A DNA stretch of 63,629 bases, filler included, from Reclinomonas americana ATCC 50394 (GCA_048213135.1; 7 parts of 5 records of this genome joined end to end with filler, not necessarily neighbours in it); one strand, 5' to 3'; counted from the first letter of the whole stretch, positions 48,787-60,751 are shown. The notes: a model not told the origin generated them from the sequence alone. Numbers and translations: made by a program.

Positions 48787-50634
48787 TCACATGGAGCCGG
48801 AGTGCGACAGGACTCCCATGGAGAGGGAGCGTGCGCGCGATGCAGGCGAGAAGCCGCCACTGCCACCACCGCCGCCACCACAGGATGGTGGAGGCGGGGG
48901 CGGGTTGCCCCACAGTTGGCGCTCCTCGCGCTTGTGTGCGGCACAGTGCGCCTTGAAGCGCGCATCAAACATGGTGGTGTAACTACCCTGGCACAGGTCC
49001 TGTGTGTGCGTGCACAAGAATGAGCATCACAACGCTGCGAGCAGAAGGGAGCGAGAGAACGCAACAGGATGTGACGAGTGGAACTGGCGGTAGCCACCCT
49101 GCAGCAGGAACAGCTGCGGGAAGTGCAGCAGCGGGTACCGCTGCACGTTGACTGTGCGATCCCAGTTGCGCAGGTGCTTCCACAGACGAGGTGCGCGGTG
49201 CGTTGAATACTCGCAGTGGAGCACCACACAGCGCGGACGTGGGTGCATGGAGAGCGGAACAAAAAAGAAGTCCTCAAAATCGTGCTTGTGACCGAGATTC
49301 CGTGCACCCTCAATGTGGCCGCCCTCGAACTCATACGGGTATCGGCAGTCGATGATCAAAATCTCGTCGCGGTTCAGAGTCGGCACGCCACCGCTCAACA
49401 TCAAGGCCAACTGCAACGCGGTGAGAAAAATGGAAGAAAATCCCTGCTCTTTCTTTCTCTTTCTCTCTCTCACACACAAACCGTCTCGGGCCGAATGGTC
49501 ACGCACGCCTTGTCGTTCAAGAACGAATCCACCATGGCGGGCTCCGGCTCCTCCAGATCCGACTCATGACTGCACAAATCAGAAGAATACCGGTCAGAAT
49601 ACAGAAGAAACAGGGAAACAGGTCACTGCGTGACGCACGCACCCCGAATCACACGAGGCCAGCGAGTCTGGAGGATCGCACGACGCCGTCAAATGGCGCA
49701 TTGCGCCAAAGGTGACGGTGTTGACCGAGGCGGCATGACGGCGCTGTCGTCGCCGCGCAGCGCGGTTCACATGCAGCATGCCATCGTCATCCTGCACGTA
49801 GCCGCAGCCATTGTCGTCGCCAAACTCATCGTCGTCGTCGTCGTCGTACACGCCCAGATCGTCCACCTCACTGGCCGGCCGACGCATCACACCATCCCCA
49901 CCAGCAGCAGAGGCGGCGCCCGAAGAAATATGTGCGCCGCCGCTGCGCATGGTCGGGACATCACCACCGCTCNNNNNNNNNNNNNNNNNNNNCTCTCTCA
50001 TCAAACAACAAAGAAAAAGTCTCTCACAAGGAGGCACGCAACGAGAGAGATTGAGATCCATGGCTTGTGCGAGTGGCGACGGGGGTGTGAGAGTGATGAG
50101 CTCACAGTGACTGTACAAGGGGAAAAACGTCTCACGACGGCGACTCGTCGTGTTTGCTCACAACACTCGCACACACACGTGCAAAATGGGCGCAATGTGT
50201 GAGAAAGAGACAGACAGGGGAGAAGACTGTGCGTGTGTGTGTGCTCTCCTGCGCTCCACAAGTGACGGGTGAAAAACGAAACGTAGCAATGATTGAAGCC
50301 ACGATTCATCATCGTCTCAAACTGCAGTCCGTCTGCCCTCGCACCCTGCTGCGCCTCATTGAATGAGATGCGGAAGTCGTCGCATCCCTGCAATCGAAGG
50401 CATCTCGTGTGGATGGAGAGAGGGTGAGAGAGAAGGAGAGAGCGACATGGTTGAGATGATCGTCGTCAGTTGTCTATCGATGGTGTGCGCAGCGCGGGAG
50501 GTGAATCGCAGTTGCTGCTGCTGCACATATCGCCGGTGTGGCAATGACGAATTGCTGTCTTCCTTCCACACATCTCCACGACGCACAACGACGAGATCAA
50601 ACAACACGGCCAGCAGAGTTTTCACTGCAGGCAT
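48787..50634 (-). CDS. CDC25: Cdc25 M-phase inducer phosphatase (5' exons tentative)
   Basis: TIRPET|LALML...IIDCRYPYEFEGGHIEGARN...VLHCEYSTHRAP...LRNWDR...YP.LHFPQLFLLQGGYRQF: Cdc25 rhodanese domain with HC(X5)R active site. Confidence 0.95.
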
Positions 50635-50711
50635 AGTGTTGTGGGGAAAAAACAATCACACACATAATCGACCATCTCCAGGAGGGAAAGCCGCCGCCGC
50701 CGCCTCTGCGT

Positions 50712-52210
50712 CTACTTCAGGTGCTTGAACAGCTCAGGAGCCGTCTGTGTGCATCGGAGGAGTGAGTGAGAACGCCCAATTGCACGACGGGCAGATATCA
50801 AAGGAACGTGAGAGAGAAGTACAACTGCAGCAGGTGGTCAAAGCGGAAGAGAGGGAAACAGACACACAGATCAGATTAGAGAAAGAGTACGCTGTGCGTG
50901 TATGAGAAGCACGACGGACAGACATCAACAGAAGGAATAAAGGAAAGAAATACAACTGTAGTGATTGAGCAGAAGCGAGGGAGAGCGACACACAGATCAG
51001 AGGCTGGCTGAGGAGTTCCAGCGCCCAGCATGGCGCATGAGAAGCACGACGGCCAGCAGATACCAAAAGAACGACAGAGGAGATGAGAAATACAGTTGCA
51101 GTGAGTGGCCAAGGCAGAAGCGAGGGAGAGCAGCCACGGCTAAGTGTTGAGGAGTTCAAGCGCAGTGCATGGAATGAGAAGCACAAAGGGCAGATACCCA
51201 AAGAACGACACAGACGAGCATGAGATATACAACATGAGGCACGAAAGGTCCCACAGATCAGCAGCTGCGCGATGAGCAATTCCAACGCCGAGCACATGAG
51301 AAGCACGACCGCGGCAGAGATACGAAAAGAACAACAGAAGAGAATGAGAATCCAGCTGCTATGGTGGAAGCCGAAGCGAGGGAGAGCAGACACAGAGATG
51401 AGTTACTCCAACACCAAGCACCTGAGAAACACGATCGCGGCAGAGATATGCAAAGAACAACAGAAGAGAATGAGAATCCATTGAAGGAAGCAAGGGAGAG
51501 CAGACATACACGATTATGCCGCAAGCAACTCCGCGTGAACAACAGATATATCAAAAGAACGAGCATGAGAAATGCAACAGCAGTGACCAAGCACAAGTGA
51601 GGCATGAGAGGTCGCACGGATCCGTGCTGAGCAATTCCAACGCCCATCAGCAAAGCACCGAGGAAAAGCACAGCTCCGCGGGGTACGCGATCCAATCTCC
51701 TTCAACAATCGAGGAATACGATGCAATCACGAACCAATTCCCGCGCACAATAGACAGGTAGCACGACAGCCAGAAAGAACGACGAGGAAGAAGAGAAGAA
51801 GAAGATGCTGCATTTTTGTGCAAAACGATACGCAACATGCGAGTCGATGCACTTCCACAAATCCTGCAGCGCTCTGCACACACACGCACGCAACGTCAGC
51901 GATGCTCACTCTTTCTCTCACTGTCTCTGTGAGTGAATGTGCGAGTGACGCACCCACTGCAGTCTCCATGTGCACCCGCATTCACACGCTCCTCGCACGA
52001 AGCCAGTGATTTCCGGAACACGTGGCAGTGCTTCTCCTCGTTGTGCGTGTCGAGTGCCGCCTTGGGATCCTGCACAGACACACACAAAGAGCGTCATTTA
52101 CCGCGACATGGCCCAAAAACACACTCTTCCCCACGACACACAACGAGCAATGAAGTGCGGAGAGAGTGTGCGTGAGAGAGAGCAACATGCAAAAGGCACA
52201 CACTCACCAT
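50712..52210 (-). CDS. QCR6: Cytochrome bc1 hinge subunit QCR6/UQCRH, 62 aa; exons 52210-52208, 52069-51954, 51873-51837, 50744-50712
   Basis: Spliced MDPKAALDTHNEEKHCHVFRKSLASCEERVNAGAHGDCSGALQDLWKCIDSHTAPELFKHLK* (189 nt, in phase) has the DP...C...C..RV...C...L..C.D...AP.LF..LK pattern. Confidence 0.92.
50775..51650. repeat. Degenerate tandem repeat (~122-137-bp units, ~7 copies) filling the last QCR6 intron
   Basis: GAGAAGCACGA-type anchors at ~50904, 51039, 51176, 51298, 51424, each followed by CAGATA...AAAGAAC. Confidence 0.85.
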
Positions 52211-52318
52211 CGTTGCGACGTTGTTGTTGCAAGTGAGTGTGTGCGCGCGCGGGACAAATCGATTGACGTCATCATCGCTTTTTGTTGCAGAGAAGAGCTC
52301 ACTTATCAACGTCCACAC

Positions 52319-52386
52319 ATGTCTGCTGCGTTTGCCCGTGCCAATGAGCTCTTTGTAGACGAGGACTACGAAGGCGCACTGGAGAA
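52319..52386 (+). CDS. SGT1: SGT1 co-chaperone, first exon
   Basis: MSAAFARANELFVDEDYEGALEK matches the start of the SGT1 TPR domain (AN..FVDEDY..A). Confidence 0.75.
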
Positions 52387-53567
52387 GTTGAGTTGTCACT
52401 TGCCAAAAAAAGCTCTCTTCTTTCACTGTCTCTCTCTCTGTGTCTGTGTCTGCGTGCCTGTCTTTCTTGTCANNNNNNNNNNNNNNNNNNNNNNNNNNNN
52501 NNNNNNNNNNNNNNNNNNNNNNNNNNNNNNNNNNNNNNNNNNNNNNNNNNNNNNNNNNNNNNNNNNNNNNNNNNNNNNNNNNNNNNNNNNNNNNNNNNNN
52601 NNNNNNNNNNNNNNNNNNNNNNNNNNNNNNNNNNNNNNNNNNNNNNNNNNNNNNNNNNNNNNNNNNNNNNNNNNNNNNNNNNNNNNNNNNNNNNNNNNNN
52701 NNNNNNNNNNNNNNNNNNNNNNNNNNNNNNNNNNNNNNNNNNNNNNNNNNNNNNNNNNNNNNNNNNNNNNNNNNNNNNNNNNNNNNNNNNNNNNNNNNNN
52801 NNNNNNNNNNNNNNNNNNNNNNNNNNNNNNNNNNNNNNNNNNNNNNNNNNNNNNNNNNNNNNNNNNNNNNNNNNNNNNNNNNNNNNNNNNNNNNNNNNNN
52901 NNNNNNNNNNNNNNNNNNNNNNNNNNNNNNNNNNNNNNNNNNNNNNNNNNNNNNNNNNNNNNNNNNNNNNNNNNNNNNNNNNNNNNNNNNNNNNNNNNNN
53001 NNNNNNNNNNNNNNNNNNNNNNNNNNNNNNNNNNNNNNNNNNNNNNNNNNNNNNNNNNNNNNNNNNNNNNNNNNNNNNNNNNNNNNNNNNNNNNNNNNNN
53101 NNNNNNNNNNNNNNNNNNNNNNNNNNNNNNNNNNNNNNNNNNNNNNNNNNNNNNNNNNNNNNNNNNNNNNNNNNNNNNNNNNNNNNNNNNNNNNNNNNNN
53201 NNNNNNNNNNNNNNNNNNNACCTCGAGACGATACATGAGCATGTTCAGGAGCGATCAGCGATCATGACAGGCGCGGACACGAGCACAGAGAAACAGAACG
53301 AATCGACAACTGTGCAAGAATTGTCACAACGTACTACTGTGCGCACACGGTGGAGAAACGAGCACCGGCACAACTCGTGACACGAGTGCGTACAGGAGTG
53401 AATAGACACGGTGGCAGGCGCGGAAACGAGAACACCGATTCTGAGGTGGAAGGATACCGTGAGACAACTTGCGACGATGCGCAGGAGTCGTTAAGAGTTG
53501 AGCACACAAAGAAGAACAGCGATTCTACGACTCAAGCCGTGGTGGACTGCTCTCCAGCCGACGAAAC

Positions 53568-53900
53568 TATCCAACTCGGCGTCACACTTGCGAATCCACG
53601 TGCGCGCCATCGACGACTCCTCAATCGCATTCGCTCGCTGGAAGCACTGCCGCGCCTCCGCATACACCGCCTTTTCAAACAACGCCACGCTGAACCACAA
53701 AACAAAGAGAGACATGAGAGGAGAAGAAGGGGAGGATGACAGAGATAAGAGATGTATGGGAGAAGGCAGACTTGTGAGTGAGAGGGAGAAGGAGAAGAAG
53801 AGTACGATGAGCACTGACAAACAAACAAACCCTTTCTTCAGCAACGCCTGCTGCGAATTCGGCTCCAATCGCAACGCGTGATCGGCATCGACCACCGCCT
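53568..53900 (-). CDS. SGT1: SGT1 TPR exons (53900-53831, 53689-53568), opposite strand to exon 1
   Basis: EAVVDADHALRLEPNSQQALLKKG|VALFEKAVYAEARQCF...ARTWIRKCDAEL matches SGT1 TPR2-3 and the WIRKC end motif. Confidence 0.8.
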
Positions 53901-53965
53901 CTGACAAAGCGCACACAATCAGTGACTGCTTCCTTTGTGCTCTCTCTCTCTCTCTGTGTTCACAA

Positions 53966-54013
<48 letters not shown>

Positions 54014-54218
54014 NNNNNNNNNNNNNNNNNNNNNNNNNNNNNNNNNNNNNNNNNNNNTTAATTAATTAANNNNNNNNNNNNNNNNNNNNNNNNNNNNNNN
54101 NNNNNNNNNNNNNGTAGGGTAGGGGTTAGGGTCGGGTACGGTGGTAGGTAGGTCGGTGTCGTCTTCGTCGTCGTTCGTTGTCGTCGTCGTCGTCTCTAGT
54201 CGCTAGTTTGTTCTTCTC

Positions 54219-54258
<40 letters not shown>

Positions 54259-54322
54259 CTCTCCCTCCCTCTCTCTCCCCCCCTGATCCTCACTTGGCAT
54301 GTGCTGACTGTGTGTATACAGC

Positions 54323-56762
54323 ATGATCACCTTTTTCCGCATGAACACGGCTATTGAAGTGGCGCAGGAGGCGGTGAGTCTGCGCTGTCAACGCGTACTG
54401 GCGCAGTTCAGTCGCGATCATGCCGACTTCGATGTGCGGGCGTGGGTAATGGATCTGTGGTCCCCGCGGTTAAAGGCTTGTGACGTGAAGGCGTGGCGTG
54501 CTCAGCATGCGCCACTCGCCCCCGGTCGAGTCAAGTTATTCTCTCAACAACAACAACAGCACATGCTCGACTGGAAGGCCGCCTTTGACGCCGACCCCTC
54601 GACCGACCCCTCGTGTGATGGCTTCGATGCAAGAACACTGTCCTCCATAATGCTGAATGGTGGCTTTGTTCAAGATGACGGTCGCAAGCTGCTGCTGATC
54701 GACGATGCCGATGAACGAAAGGCCGTGGAGGAGCTGCGTGACGTGAAGAATGAGGCTGTGTTTTTTGGTTCGTCGGCGCCGACGGAGGCCCGTGTGCTGC
54801 AGTACCTTGGTGACGATGGTGTCTTCCTCTCCGTCCTCTCACATCTGCAGTTGACGGCGGCTGAGCGTGGTCGATTCTGTGCTCGTGTCGTTGAGGCGCG
54901 TCACGCTCGACTCATTGTGGACACTTTCGAGGAACGTTTGCATCGACTGGCTGTGCGTGAGCTCTCGTTCTACCAGCACGACGAGAGTGTGCGCAAGGAC
55001 ATGCAGATGTATGTGCCACTACTGTGTGCACATGACCGTGACGATTCGCCAGAGCACATGACGGATCTGTTGACGGAAGTGGATACTTTCATCTCCGACA
55101 CCGACGACAGTCGTGTGCTGGCGGTTCTTGGTGACAGCGGCACCGGCAAGACCACCGTCATGTCGGTGTTGGCCGAGCGAGCATGGCGACAGTGGCATAC
55201 TGGAGAGAGTCCGCGAGTGCCTGTGCGTGTGCCTCTTGGTGCGCTGCGCAATGCCAGTGAGCAACTGCTACTTGAGGCACTTGGTGGACTGTCAGTTGAG
55301 GTGGGCTTCGAATTCAGCGAGTCAGATGTGCGACAATTGAAGAGTGCACCATTGCTGTTGTTGCTTGACGGATACGACGAGTTGCATTGTGACGAACATG
55401 TGAACCTTTTTGTCACGAACCGGCTGGATGCGTGTCGCGATGTGAAGGTGATTATTACTTGTCGAGGCGATTACGTCGTGACAGCACTGGGTGATGTGAC
55501 GCAATATCAACGGTGTTTTGCGCCGATGAATGTACGGGGGGAGCTGTGTGTGTCGCACCTTGTTGTGCGACACATTGCACCGTTCAATAAGGAGCAGATT
55601 GAGGAGTACTTCAGGCGACTGGTGCAAGTGGATGGTGATGGCGATGACGGCGAGGAGGAGTGGTCAACTGCCGACGAGTACATTCATGCGCTGGAGAGCG
55701 TGCGCGGACTGGATGCACTGGTGTCGAATCCGTTCATGCTCTCTGTTGTGGCTCGTGTGCTGCCGCAGTTGGTGGCGAATGCTGCGGTGGAGCAACCGAC
55801 GCAGTACGATGTGTTTGACCGATTTATTCGACTGTGGATCGCGAGAGAGCGGGAGAGACAGACGCGTCTCAGTGCAGGATGTAAGCCAAGTGAAGCTGTG
55901 TGCCTGACATTCTGTGAGGGACTAGCACGGTTGATGCATGCGAGGAATGTTGTTCGAGCGACGGCGGATGAGCGCGCGTACGAGGCTGACATTGCTGACT
56001 TTGGTGGTGCACCACTAGACACCTCACGACGGGAAGAGGGGCCGTTTGACAAGTTCCTCGGCCCCGGCAACCAGCATGTGCGAGAGTGCTGCCCCATTGT
56101 GCGACGGTATGGAGCGTGGCAGTGGGGTTTCGTGCATTTGCCATTGCTGGAGCACTGTGTGGCACGGCATGTGTTTGTATGGGAGACGTGGGATGTGGAG
56201 AGGAGATTGACAGTGCACGATGTGCAGCAGCATGTGCTGTCAGCAAGACTGTTGGACGATCGACCATCGCGATCGTTGGTGGAGCAGATGGCCGAGGTTG
56301 TGAGACGGTCACCCAGGTTGCGAGCGAGGCTGTTGGAGGTGATCGGGTTGTCGCGGGCGGAGGATGAGGAGCGAGTGGTGACGGCAGCCGCGAATGCGGC
56401 GACGGTGCTGTGTGTAGCACAAGAGTCGCTCAGTGGGCGAGATCGAGATTTGTCTGGTGTGCGAGTGAGGGACGCGGATTTGAAGGCCACGGCGTTGCAC
56501 GGGAACAGTGTGGAGGGGAGCGGATTTGCGAGGGGTGAATGTGTGCATGGCGTACGCGAAGGATGTGGGGTTGAGAGTGGTGGATCTGACGGAAGTGATA
56601 CCGACGACGGGTCGCCATGGGATGATTAATTCGGTTGCCTTCTCTCGTAACGGCGCGCTTTGCTGGAGTGCGGTCCGGTTCTGCGACAGCTCGCAGCGCG
56701 GCAGTTTGTGGCGTCACGATCTTCCAGGATGGTGTGAGGTGAATGGAAGGCACGCACAGTAA
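54323..56762 (+). CDS. NACHT NTPase + pentapeptide repeats + truncated WD40 (NLR-like); frameshift at ~56501; upstream exon(s) probably missing
   Basis: Walker A GDSGTGKT, Walker B LLLLDGYDE, VIITCR, NPFML, AAANAATVL, RDLSGVRVRDADL. The shifted frame continues GTVWRGADLRGVNV...INSVAFSRNG. A polypyrimidine tract and AG immediately precede the ORF. Confidence 0.88.
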
Positions 56763-57053
56763 TAATAAATTGATATTTCGATATTGACATAAATCTGAGC
56801 AATCGCAATGTCGGCGTTCCGAAGCACAGCAGACTCCGGAATTCCTGCCACCCTACTAGCAGTACAGCTCCTATCAACCCGCAGTGCTTACAGTCCTCCG
56901 ACACAGGCCAAACATAGTGCCGCGGCAATTGTCCCCACGGACACCCAAAGTCCGAGACGGACCTCGGAGTTGGTCACATATAAACTTTGCGTGCATTTTT
57001 GTTGAATCACACTTCCCGTCGAGAGCCAACACCCCAACACCCCCACAAACAAA

Positions 57054-57813
57054 ATGGTCCACCAGATTCAGTCCGAGCAGGAGTTTGACGACGCCATCAA
57101 GAGCCCCAAGTTGACAGTGGTGCGTGAAAGTGTTTTGCGCGCGCGTGTGTGTGTGTTTGTGTTTGTGTGTGTGTGTGTCTTACTACCTCTTAACACACTT
57201 CAACTCTCTCTCCTCTGTGCACGTCAATTCTCTTGTCATGTGCGTGTGTGAGTGTTGAATTTCCCCGGCGCATTCTTTCACACGCTTTTGGTGTTTTCTC
57301 TCTCTCTCTCTCTGCGCTCTCATCACTCACCTCACTCACCTCCCTCTCCCCCATTACCATTCCAGGTCGACTACTACGCCACAGTTGCGTCTCACACCCA
57401 GCGCACTCTCATCTCTCCTGCTCTTTACTCACTCTCTCTCGTGCGCACACACAGTGGTGCAACCCATGCAAGCGCATCGCACCCGTGTTTGACCGCCTGG
57501 CCGAGGCCAATGGCGAGGCACAGTTCTTCAAGGTCGACGTGGATCAGCTGGAGGACCTTGCCGCCGCGCAGGGTGTCACTGGCATGCCGGTGAGTAGTTC
57601 TCTCTTGTGCGCCACCGTCTGAGCCTTTCTTGCTAATTGTGTGTCACGCGCGCAGACCTTCATGTTTCGTCGGAACATATGCCTTCCCTTCTTGCTCATT
57701 GTTTGTCGACTGACTCTCTTGTTTGCAGCTTCTACAAGAACGGCTCCAAGGTGGAGACGCTGATCGGCGCCAACGAGGCCAGCCTGACTGCCGCCATTGC
57801 CAAGCACAAGTAA
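57054..57813 (+). CDS. TRX: Thioredoxin; exons 57054-57119, 57366-57383, 57455-57589, 57656-57663, 57729-57813
   Basis: MVHQIQSEQEFD...LTV|VDYYAT|WCNPCKRIAP...FFKVDVD...GMP|TFI|FYKNGSKVETLIGAN...*. Confidence 0.96.
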
Positions 57814-57979
57814 TCCCGTCACACTCTCTTGTCACCAGTGCGTGCGTGCGCGCTCGTTTCACATGTGCACGCAGCAGCGTAAGTAGTCAAGTGAGCAATG
57901 AACAGATGATGATGATGAGTTGGGCAGGGCTGAACAGGGATGAGCTTTCTGTATACGCCATGTGCCAGTGGGCGAGTAG

Positions 57980-58310
57980 CAACTGCATAGGTGGGCACGA
58001 ATGCACTTGGAGTGCAAGTAAGCAAGCAACTTGGAGAGCAAACAAGCAAGGAGCAACTTGGGGAGCAAGCAAGCAAGCAGCAATTGCACCTGGAGAGCAA
58101 ACAAGCAAGCCGCAACTGCACAGGCGGCACAAATGCACTTGGAGAGCGACAAGCAAGCAGCAACTTGGAGAGCAAACAAACAAGCAGCAACTTGGGGAGC
58201 AAACAAGCAAGCAAGCACTTGCACAGCTGGGCACGAATGCACTAGAAGAGCAAACAAGCAAGCAGCATTGGGGAGCAAACAAGCAAGCACCACTTGCACT
58301 TGCGGCACGA
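57980..58310. repeat. Intergenic minisatellite (~27-bp ACTTGGAGAGCAAACAAGCAAGCAGCA units with periodic GCACGAATGC blocks)
   Basis: About 9 directly visible units. Confidence 0.9.
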
Positions 58311-58530
58311 ATTCGAATGCATATACTGTATGCTCTTGGAAGGCGCTGAATTCGAACGTCGACATGACTTCTTGAATTGTTCTCCACCAAGCAACCTGCA
58401 AGCTCGGCACTGCATGGGAGAATGGCAGCTGCCTAACAGGTTACACTGCAAGGCACCACTCGAGTCCTCGACAATGAACGTCGTCCGCCGTCCAGTTGCC
58501 ACTTGATTGTCAGATAAGAGAAAGAGCAGC

Positions 58531-58867
58531 ATGGCCTCTGAGCACGGACAGCCTGAGCCAGGCGCGGTGAGTGAGCACGCCCCTACTCTTCTCCTCTCTC
58601 TCTCTCTCTCTCTCACTCATTTGTGCACAAGCAGACATGCGCCTGCACGTGGGAGGATATCACCGCGGACAACTACGTCGAGTACCAAACAGCGCCCTCG
58701 ATGACCTGGCACCCCGCAAAGTACTCTGAGGAGGTGTGTGTGTGTCTCTCTCTGCAAATGGATGACAGGCCTCTCTCTCTCTCTCTCTCACTTGCTCACA
58801 TGGAGAACAGATCGTGCGACAGCTCATCGACAATGGATTCGACACGTACCTCTCTGACATGGAAAAG
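58531..58867 (+). CDS. Hypothetical protein, 5' exons
   Basis: MASEHGQPEPGA|TCACTWEDITADNYVEYQTAPSMTWHPAKYSEE|IVRQLIDNGFDTYLSDMEK|; three phase-0 GT-AG exons. Confidence 0.75.
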
Positions 58868-59265
58868 GTAGCNNNNNNNNNNNNNNNNNNNNNNNNNNNN
58901 NNNNNNNNNNNNNNNNTTAATTAATTAANNNNNNNNNNNNNNNNNNNNNNNNNNNNNNNNNNNNNNNNNNNNCGTTTCTCCTTTCTGCCATTTCTCCACT
59001 CTCCGTCCTCTCCACTCTGCATTCTCTCTCTTTGTTCTCACAACGCCGTTTTCTTTGCATTCTGCATACTCCTCACTCTGTGTTTTCTCGACTCTTGTTT
59101 CTCCACTCTCCGTTCTCTCCACTCTCTGTTCTCTCCATGCTATGTTGTCTCCACTCTGTTTTTCCATTCTGTCTCTCTCCACTCTGCGTTCTCTTCCCTA
59201 CGCTTATCCTTCTCCTTTTCTCCCCCCTTCCCTTCTCACCCGTCTTCACCCTTCTCCTTAAATAG

Positions 59266-60751
59266 GCCTGGCCTTCTCCGACACCGACTTCAGCCAAATC
59301 GTGCAAATCTTTGACGAAGACGGCTCCGGCAACATCACCTACGACGAGTTCGCCGACCTCATCACCCACGACGACTCGGACCTGTCGGGCCGCGACAAGA
59401 CGGTGCGACGACAGCAGCCGTCGTCGGCGCTCTTTTTCGAGTCCAAGGAAGAGCGTCGCGACCGCGAGGTCCGCAAGGCGCTGCAGGGCAAGTTCGAGAC
59501 CAAGGTCACCACCGTCAGCAACATGTTCCGCGAGTGGGACGAGAACGGCGACGGTGTCGTCAACCGCGAGGAGTTCCGCTCCGGCGTCCAGCGCCTCGGC
59601 ATCCAACTGACCGACGAGGAGATTGATCGTGTCATTCGCGCGTGCGATGTCGACGGCAATGGCACGATTGATTTGCCTGAGTTTGCCAAGTATTTCACGG
59701 AGAATGCCGACGTGCCGGTGCAGGCGCAGATTGCGGCCGAGGATGTGGCCGCACAGCAGCGCGCCATTCCGCGCCAGCTGCAGTCGCACTTTGGCAGTGG
59801 CTCGCTCGGCTCTGGCGTGCCGGTGTTTGAGGAGGAGAAGACGGCGTCGCGCAAGGGTCGCGGTGCAGCCAATGCCGCCGGTATCACCGACTCGCCCAGC
59901 AGCTCGGGCCAGCAGACACCTGCTGAGCCGGCGGAGGAGGTGGTGAATGTGTCGGCCGACGGCACCCCGCGCCGCAGCTCTCCGGGCTCGTCTCCACGTC
60001 GCAACTCGCCAGGCGACTCGCCCGACTCACAGTCGTCGCTGCGTGAGCGCCGCCTGGCGGCACTGGCCCAGCTGACGCTGGACGCGGAGCCGGCGGGACC
60101 ACCGTTGCGTGCATCAATCCCACCTCCCTTTATCTCCATTCCAGCTTTGGTTGCTCATGTATGATGGTTGCGTTCCACAGAGTTCCGTTTGCGTTGGACC
60201 CGACCGCGTCGGTGGCCGCCGCCTCGGACCCAGTAGCCAAGGTGCTGAAGGGCGAGTTGGTGGAGGTCACGGAGAACCGACCGGCCAAGATCCGCGAGGC
60301 CTTCCGTGCCATGGACAAGGCGCACTCGGGTCTGCTCGGCGAGGCCGAGTTCCGTCAGGCGCTGACCAGCTGCGGAGTGCGAGCTCCCGACTGGGTCATG
60401 GACCGCGCTGTGGCACTGTCCGACGTCGGCCAAGGCAACCACGACTACGATCGCTTCCTCAAGTCGCTCGGCTTCGAGCTGATCCGCGACGAGAAGCAGT
60501 TCTTCTCGGGCCTGCGCGATCTGCGACGCAGCATCCCCTCGAACGAGGAGGGCGGCTACTTTGAGGAGGCCTCACCGCGTACGACCGCGCGCACTCCACG
60601 AGGAGCGAGCCCGCGCTACCGCTCCAACCCGCTGGACAGCGGCAACATTATCGGCCACACGGACGAGATTCGCTCATGTGATTTCCCGCGAGCGCGCAAG
60701 GGTCATCCGCAGTATGATCCGACGCCGTCGCCGTTGCACAAGACGCACCCG
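59266..60751 (+). CDS. Multi-EF-hand calcium-binding protein (internal exons 59266-60103, 60181-60751)
   Basis: EF loops DEDGSGNITYDE, DENGDGVVNREE, DVDGNGTIDLPE and degenerate DKAHSGLLGEAE. Confidence 0.9.

Noticed and set aside
51643..51735. Possible box C/D snoRNA in the QCR6 intron (GTGATTG...ATTCCTCG...CTGA on the minus strand)
   Set aside because: C box imperfect, only ~8 nt complementary to the SSU rRNA CGAGGAAU motif, weak terminal stem, and the D box lies inside a repeat unit; would need a snoscan or Infernal hit.
54114..54136. Telomere-like GTAGGGTAGGGGTTAGGG
   Set aside because: Only one exact TTAGGG, within a low-quality contig start.
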